A stretch of 64,000 bases of DNA, taken from positions 394,805-458,804 of the forward strand of contig JABAYJ010000006.1 in the NCBI GenBank assembly GCA_018609055.1, read 5' to 3'. Below the pieces are notes generated by a model. That model worked only from the letters and a program-made list of their open reading frames with translations, did no database searches and was not told where the DNA came from. Position numbers and translations under genes: made by a program. Positions 58,888 to 64,000 of the stretch are shown in pieces. Position 1 is the first letter of the stretch. Each line of letters opens with the position of its first letter. Source of the DNA: Flavobacteriales bacterium. Lineage in GTDB: Bacteria; Bacteroidota; Bacteroidia; Flavobacteriales_D; CAJJDF01.

Positions 58888-60456
58888 ATGGCAAACAAAT
58901 ACTCAAGCCACTTATTTGAATTAATTAAGTCTTTAACCAAGGCAGAAAAACGTTACTTTAAACTATTTGTAGCAAGACACACTTCTTCCGGACCAAATAA
59001 TGCACAAATATTATTTGAACACATGGAGAGCATGGATGATTATGATGAAGAAGCATTATTAGAAAAACTAAAAAGTCATGCTTTCACTAATAAATTCTCT
59101 ATAACAAAAGCTAGACTTTATGATACTATATTAAAAAGTTTAGATGCATTTTATGCTGAAAAATCTAAAGAACAACTTATAAGAAATGAGATTCATTATG
59201 TAGAGATTTTATTTAATAAATCTCTTTATAAGCAATGCCAAAAAAGAATCTTATCAGCAAAAAAACAAGCAATAAAATACAACAAAAATCATCTCTTTGC
59301 TGAGCTTTTACTTTGGGAAAAGAAACTAATTGAAAAGGATAATTACCAAAAGGTTACATCTAAACAAATAGAAGTATTAACTTTTACCGAGCAAGACGTA
59401 CTGAATAATGTTTCGCTAAACTCTAAACTTTGGGAATTTAAAGCAATTCTTTTTAGACATTTAAATAAAATAGGAAGGGCAAGAACAACAGAGCAAGTAG
59501 AATCATTAAAAGCCGACATTGAAAACAAACTTCATACACTTATAATTCCAGAGGGAAAAATAAGGATGAAATACCTCTTCAACCACATACTAAGTGCATA
59601 TTGTTTTGCAATTTATGATGATAAAGAAAGTTTAAAATCAGTAATTAAAAATGTTACTCTTATTGAAGAAAACCCAAATGAATTTGGTGAAGAACCAAAC
59701 ATATTAATTTCAACACTAACCAATGGTGTGTATTTAGCCATGAAGAACAAAGAAGTTGAGAACGCTCAGGCTTTATACAATAAATTAAAGATTCTTTATA
59801 GCAAAGCAGAAGAGGAAGGAAGTCAAGATGTTGTACTTAAAGTGAAGTCGAGCCTTATTAGTTTAGAGCTTTTACTTATTAAATTAACTTGTGACTTTAA
59901 TAAATTTGAGAAAATCTCTCCTACTATTTATGAGTTTATATCTGAGAACAAAAAAAATCTTAATGAATCACGTTTAGCATTTCTATATTACAACATTGCT
60001 CACATTTTATTTATTCAAGATAAATTTAGTAAAGCTCTAAAATGGATAAACTCCCTATTAAATGATATTTATATTGATCAAAGCCAAGAAGTCTATTCTT
60101 CGGCTGAAATCCTGAATTTATTCATCCACTTTGAACTTGACAACAAAGACTTAGTGAGGTATACTTTGAAATCGACCAAGAGGTTTTTGAAAACCAGAAA
60201 TAAACTTTTTGAATATGAAACTTTAGTCTTAAATTTCATGCAAAAAACAACAAGCTATAACTTTGATAATTATGAGCTTGACGAGGTTTTGAGCCAATTT
60301 ATTTCTGATTTGAAAAAAGTTACATCTGATACTTTTGAGAATATTCCGTTCGAATATTTTAACTGTATACTTTGGGCTGAATCTAAAGTTAAAAAGCAAA
60401 AATTAAGCCTATTAACTCGTGAAAAAAATGAAGAATTCATGAGTTTCAACATCTAA
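58888..60456 (+). CDS. Hypothetical all-helical (TPR-like) protein
   Basis: 522-aa ORF with helical-repeat-like composition and the N-terminus LFELIKSLTKAEKRYFKLF. No family name recognised. Confidence 0.6.
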   Translation: MANKYSSHLFELIKSLTKAEKRYFKLFVARHTSSGPNNAQILFEHMESMDDYDEEALLEKLKSHAFTNKFSITKARLYDTILKSLDAFYAEKSKEQLIRNEIHYVEILFNKSLYKQCQKRILSAKKQAIKYNKNHLFAELLLWEKKLIEKDNYQKVTSKQIEVLTFTEQDVLNNVSLNSKLWEFKAILFRHLNKIGRARTTEQVESLKADIENKLHTLIIPEGKIRMKYLFNHILSAYCFAIYDDKESLKSVIKNVTLIEENPNEFGEEPNILISTLTNGVYLAMKNKEVENAQALYNKLKILYSKAEEEGSQDVVLKVKSSLISLELLLIKLTCDFNKFEKISPTIYEFISENKKNLNESRLAFLYYNIAHILFIQDKFSKALKWINSLLNDIYIDQSQEVYSSAEILNLFIHFELDNKDLVRYTLKSTKRFLKTRNKLFEYETLVLNFMQKTTSYNFDNYELDEVLSQFISDLKKVTSDTFENIPFEYFNCILWAESKVKKQKLSLLTREKNEEFMSFNI

Positions 60457-60522
60457 CATACTTTTAGATAATTTTCTTAACGAACACTAGTTCCCTCCTC
60501 CTTATTTAGACTAATTAAAAAT

Positions 60523-60556
60523 AAACCATTCAAAGCTTTACAAGGCATGGTTTTTT
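60523..60556 (+). terminator. Rho-independent terminator
   Basis: AAACCAT pairs with ATGGTTT, followed by a T-run. Confidence 0.55.
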
Positions 60557-60567
60557 CACTATTTTTG
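60537..60567 (+). promoter_or_regulatory. Candidate promoter for sufA-sufB (TTTA-N19-TATTTTTG)
   Basis: Perfect TAnnTTTG at 60560-60567, 29 nt upstream of the ATG at 60596. TTTA lies at 60537-60540. Confidence 0.4.
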
Positions 60568-60595
60568 TAACCAATTAAGATAAAAGAAAACAACA

Positions 60596-60919
60596 ATGAT
60601 AAAAGTAAGTGATAATGCAAAAAGGCAAGCCATCCGTCTTATGGAAGACGAAGGGCAAGTCGATTACTTCATTCGTGTTGGTGTAAAAGGCGGAGGGTGT
60701 TCAGGCTTAATGTATGAATTGGACTTTGACAATGAGTTAAAAGAGACAGACAAAGAAATTGAGGACAATGGAATAAAGGTAGTTGTAGATAAAAAAAGCT
60801 ACTTGTATTTGGTAGGAACGGAACTAGATTTTTCAGGAGGATTAAACGGAAAAGGATTTGTTTTCAAAAATCCTAATGCTGACAGAACTTGTGGATGCGG
60901 AGAAAGTTTTTCATTGTAG
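60596..60919 (+). CDS. sufA: Fe-S cluster assembly A-type carrier (HesB/IscA/SufA family)
   Basis: 107 aa with GGGCSG and a C-terminal CGCGESF. Confidence 0.9.
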   Translation: MIKVSDNAKRQAIRLMEDEGQVDYFIRVGVKGGGCSGLMYELDFDNELKETDKEIEDNGIKVVVDKKSYLYLVGTELDFSGGLNGKGFVFKNPNADRTCGCGESFSL

Positions 60920-60940
60920 ATAAATAAAAGAAGAAGAAGA

Positions 60941-62389
60941 ATGAACACAAAATATACCGAAGACGATTTAAAAGAAGACTTAAAAACTCAAGAATATGAG
61001 TTTGGTTTTACTACGGATGTAGAGTCTGAGCAGATTCCTAAGGGATTGAATGAGGATATTATTAGACTTATTTCTTCTAAAAAAAATGAGCCGGAATGGT
61101 TATTGGATTTCAGATTACAATCTTTTGAAATTTGGAAAAACATGAAAGAGCCAGAATGGGCTCATGTAAAGTATGAAAAGCCAGATTTCCAAGATATTAT
61201 TTATTACTCTTCTCCATCTAAAGAAGAAAAAAACTGGGAAGATATTGATCCAGAAATAAAAGCTACCATGGATAAGCTTGGAATTTCTATGGATGAACAA
61301 AAAAAACTACAAGGAGTTGCAGTTGATTTTGTAATGGATTCTGTTTCTGTAGCTACTTCTTTTAAAGAAAAATTAGGTGAACTAGGAATTATATTTGGAT
61401 CATTTAGTGATGCTGTACAAAACCATCCTGAATTAGTTAAAAAATATTTAGGATCCGTAGTTCCACAAACCGATAATTTTTATGCTGCTTTAAATTCAGC
61501 AGTATTTACAGATGGTTCATTTTGCTATATCCCAAAAGGAGTTAAGTGTCCAATGGAACTATCTACTTATTTTAGAATAAATGAAGCTAATACGGGGCAA
61601 TTTGAAAGAACTTTACTTATTGCTGATCAAGATAGTTATGTAAGTTACCTAGAGGGCTGTACGGCTCCTATGAGAGATGAGAATCAATTGCATGCTGCAG
61701 TTGTTGAATTAGTTTCTTTGGCTGGTGCAGAAATAAAGTATTCTACAGTTCAAAACTGGTATCCAGGAGATAAAGACGGTAAAGGAGGAATCTTCAACTT
61801 TGTTACAAAAAGAGGAATTTGCGAAGGTTTTAAATCTAAAATCTCTTGGACACAAGTAGAAACTGGATCGGCTATTACTTGGAAATATCCATCTTGTATC
61901 CTTAAAGGTGATTCGTCTATTGGTGAATTTTACTCGATAGCAGTTACCAACAATCACCAAATGGCTGATACAGGTACTAAAATGATTCACTTAGGAAAAA
62001 ACTCTAAGAGTACAATTATTTCTAAAGGTGTGTCTGCAGGGAAAAGTCAAAACTCTTATAGAGGTTTAGTACAAATCAATAAAGGAGCAACAAATTCTCG
62101 TAATTTTTCTCAATGTGATTCTTTACTAATGACTGATGAATGTGGAGCACATACTTTCCCTTACATTGAGTGTAATAATAAAAGTTCGAAAATAGAGCAC
62201 GAAGCTACAACTTCGAAAATTGGTGAAGACCAATTGTTTTATTGTAAGCAAAGAGGAATTAGCGAAGAAAAAGCCATTAGCTTAATAGTGAATGGATACG
62301 CTAAAGATGTGCTTAACAAGCTTCCTATGGAATTTGCTGTAGAAGCTCAAAAGCTCCTTGAAATTTCACTTGAAGGAAGTGTAGGATAA
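60941..62389 (+). CDS. sufB: Fe-S cluster assembly protein SufB
   Basis: 482 aa with …[24 protein letters not shown]… and [25 protein letters not shown]. Confidence 0.95.
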   Translation: MNTKYTEDDLKEDLKTQEYEFGFTTDVESEQIPKGLNEDIIRLISSKKNEPEWLLDFRLQSFEIWKNMKEPEWAHVKYEKPDFQDIIYYSSPSKEEKNWEDIDPEIKATMDKLGISMDEQKKLQGVAVDFVMDSVSVATSFKEKLGELGIIFGSFSDAVQNHPELVKKYLGSVVPQTDNFYAALNSAVFTDGSFCYIPKGVKCPMELSTYFRINEANTGQFERTLLIADQDSYVSYLEGCTAPMRDENQLHAAVVELVSLAGAEIKYSTVQNWYPGDKDGKGGIFNFVTKRGICEGFKSKISWTQVETGSAITWKYPSCILKGDSSIGEFYSIAVTNNHQMADTGTKMIHLGKNSKSTIISKGVSAGKSQNSYRGLVQINKGATNSRNFSQCDSLLMTDECGAHTFPYIECNNKSSKIEHEATTSKIGEDQLFYCKQRGISEEKAISLIVNGYAKDVLNKLPMEFAVEAQKLLEISLEGSVG

Positions 62390-62416
62390 ACTAAACAGTA
62401 TAGTGAAATTAATTAT

Positions 62417-62447
62417 AAAGCCTTACTTAATTAAGTAAGGCTTTTTT
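62417..62447 (+). terminator. Rho-independent terminator directly after sufB
   Basis: AAAGCCTTACT pairs with AGTAAGGCTTT, followed by a T-run. Confidence 0.8.
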
Positions 62448-62534
62448 ATGCTCAAGTGTTTTAACTTTAGTTGTAATGCTCCTTTAATTAAAAAAGATTA
62501 TTATTAACTCTAAAGATTGTTGGAAATATAATCC

Positions 62535-62570
62535 ACAAAAAAAGCCTCATTATTTCTAATGAAGCTTTTG
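62535..62570 (-). terminator. Terminator of the adhesin gene
   Basis: On the minus strand AAGCTTCATT pairs with AATGAGGCTT (one mismatch), followed by T7. Confidence 0.65.
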
Positions 62571-62594
62571 TGTTTTTAGTTTGTCTGTTTTGGC

Positions 62595-64000
62595 TTATCT
62601 CTTAAGCTGGATATATCCAGTATAAGGTTCAAAGCTGTTATCTCCTAAGTCAATAATGTAGAAGTACGTACCTTCAGGTAACATTTTGTTATCCATCAAT
62701 CTGTTAGCTCCATTATCAACATTGGATGTTCCATCCCATGTGTTTGTATATCCATTTTCTTCGAACACCAAGTTACCCCATCTGTTAAATACCTTAACAG
62801 TGTTGTTTGGATAGTTTGCCAATTCTGGAATATTCCAGAAGTCATTCTGTCCGTTTCCATCTGGTGAGATGAATTGTGGTATACTAAGTTCTTTCACACA
62901 TCTTACATAAACTTCAAACGAACAAGTAGAAGAGTTTCCAGTACCATTTGCATCTATTGCAGTAATTGTAATAGTCTGTGAAACGTTCTCTAATAATAAT
63001 TCCGTTCCTGCAGCTGGTGATTGAGTTAAAACTACATCATCAAATGAACAGTTATCCCAAATAGTTATTTCACCTATGAAGTCTTCAACTATATAAGCAC
63101 AGTTAGTATTTTTTACAACTCTTTGCTTATCTGCTGGGCAGTAAACTATTGGTGCAATATCATCTTCTACTGTTACAATAGCTGAACAAGTTGAAGCATT
63201 CCCGTACAAATCAGTTACTGTTAATATAACAGTATTTGCTCCAAGATTGCTACAATCGAAGTTGGTTTTATTAACTACGATACTTGCTATTGCACAATTG
63301 TCAAAACTTCCACCTTCAACATCTAATGCAACTATACTTGCACTTCCATTAGTATCTAATTTAATAGTTATGTTCTGGCAAACAACTGTTGGTGCTAAAG
63401 TATCTAACACGGTCACTATTGCAACACAGCTATCTACATTTCCACTAGGGTCAGTAACAACCATTGTTACATTGTTTGGTCCAACTTCGCTACAAGTAAA
63501 TGAAGTTCTTGATAGCGTAAGGGTTGTAATATTACAATTATCAGTGCTTCCATTATCAACATCTAAAGAAGTAATAATTACGGAACCTAGAGAGTTAAGG
63601 TAAACAGTAGCACTTTTACATCTTGCTATTGGATTAATCGTATCTACTACTGTTACAGTAGAAATACAACTATCAACATTTCCAGATACATCTGTTACTA
63701 TTAAAGTAACTGAGTTAGGTCCTAGGTTAGAACAGTCAAATGAATTTCTAGAGATCGTTCTACTAGCAATAGTACAATTGTCTGTACTTCCATTATCAAT
63801 ATCTGCAACAGAAATTGACACGTTTCCAAGTGCATCTAAATATGCTATTGGACTTAGACAGTTAACGATTGGTGCATTAGTATCTAATACAGTTACTGTA
63901 GAAGTACATAAGCTAACATTTCCTGAAGCATCAGATACATAAAGTGTAACTGTATTTGCTCCTGTATCAATACAGTTAAATAAACTGTCAGATATAGTCA
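62595..64000 (-). CDS. Large repetitive cell-surface protein with HYR-like ~80-aa repeats and a T9SS type-B C-terminal domain (5' partial)
   Basis: The frame stays open to the window edge, and the GVG start in the track (GTG at 63819-63821) is internal. The repeats follow the pattern D(I/V)DNGSxDNCxI…F(D/T)CSxxGxNxVTLxVTDxxGNxxxC…VTVxD. The C-terminus is FISPDGNGQNDFWNI…LPEGTYFYIIDLG…YTGYIQLKR. Confidence 0.85.
   Translation of the reverse strand, partial: TISDSLFNCIDTGANTVTLYVSDASGNVSLCTSTVTVLDTNAPIVNCLSPIAYLDALGNVSISVADIDNGSTDNCTIASRTISRNSFDCSNLGPNSVTLIVTDVSGNVDSCISTVTVVDTINPIARCKSATVYLNSLGSVIITSLDVDNGSTDNCNITTLTLSRTSFTCSEVGPNNVTMVVTDPSGNVDSCVAIVTVLDTLAPTVVCQNITIKLDTNGSASIVALDVEGGSFDNCAIASIVVNKTNFDCSNLGANTVILTVTDLYGNASTCSAIVTVEDDIAPIVYCPADKQRVVKNTNCAYIVEDFIGEITIWDNCSFDDVVLTQSPAAGTELLLENVSQTITITAIDANGTGNSSTCSFEVYVRCVKELSIPQFISPDGNGQNDFWNIPELANYPNNTVKVFNRWGNLVFEENGYTNTWDGTSNVDNGANRLMDNKMLPEGTYFYIIDLGDNSFEPYTGYIQLKR

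Overview
This 64-kb window is AT-rich and looks like a chromosomal segment of a Bacteroidota (Flavobacteriia-like) genome. The evidence for that placement is a 287-aa sigma-A, a type-B T9SS C-terminal sorting domain, perfect TAnnTTTG -7 promoter boxes, and ExbB/ExbD/TonB and TonB-dependent receptor genes. Most of the window is densely packed housekeeping: queD, rpsO-pnp, rpoD, monomeric icd, queG, ruvB, uvrC, gdh, nhaD, initiator tRNA-Met, folC, PTPS-folE, dxr, rseP, dxs, tilS, gcvH, sufA-sufB. There is no rRNA, CRISPR array or recognisable transposon or prophage. I did not find an obvious complete new defence or mobile system. The items worth a second look are:

- A deletion scar where a decayed CcoI-type ATPase remnant and a clipped PAS gene share one CCTAGG for both stop codons.
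- A tightly coupled SpoIIM-like/DUF4129/DUF4350/MoxR/DUF58 operon of unknown function.
- A rearranged tRNA-fMet-adjacent patch (27.07-28.2 kb). It holds an orphan T9SS C-terminal-domain remnant paralogous to the adhesin at 62.6 kb, a polyproline-flanked GYF-type lipoprotein, and a perfect 17-bp inverted repeat bracketing 119 bp.
- A tyrosine recombinase next to a gene bracketed by a 9-bp inverted repeat.
- A small gene split by a 1-nt frameshift in a G-run.
- A queG with no ATG for its conserved N-terminus.
- A 9-bp tandem repeat encoding a 14-proline TonB linker.

Family and DUF names come from recalled motifs and gene context, not from searches.
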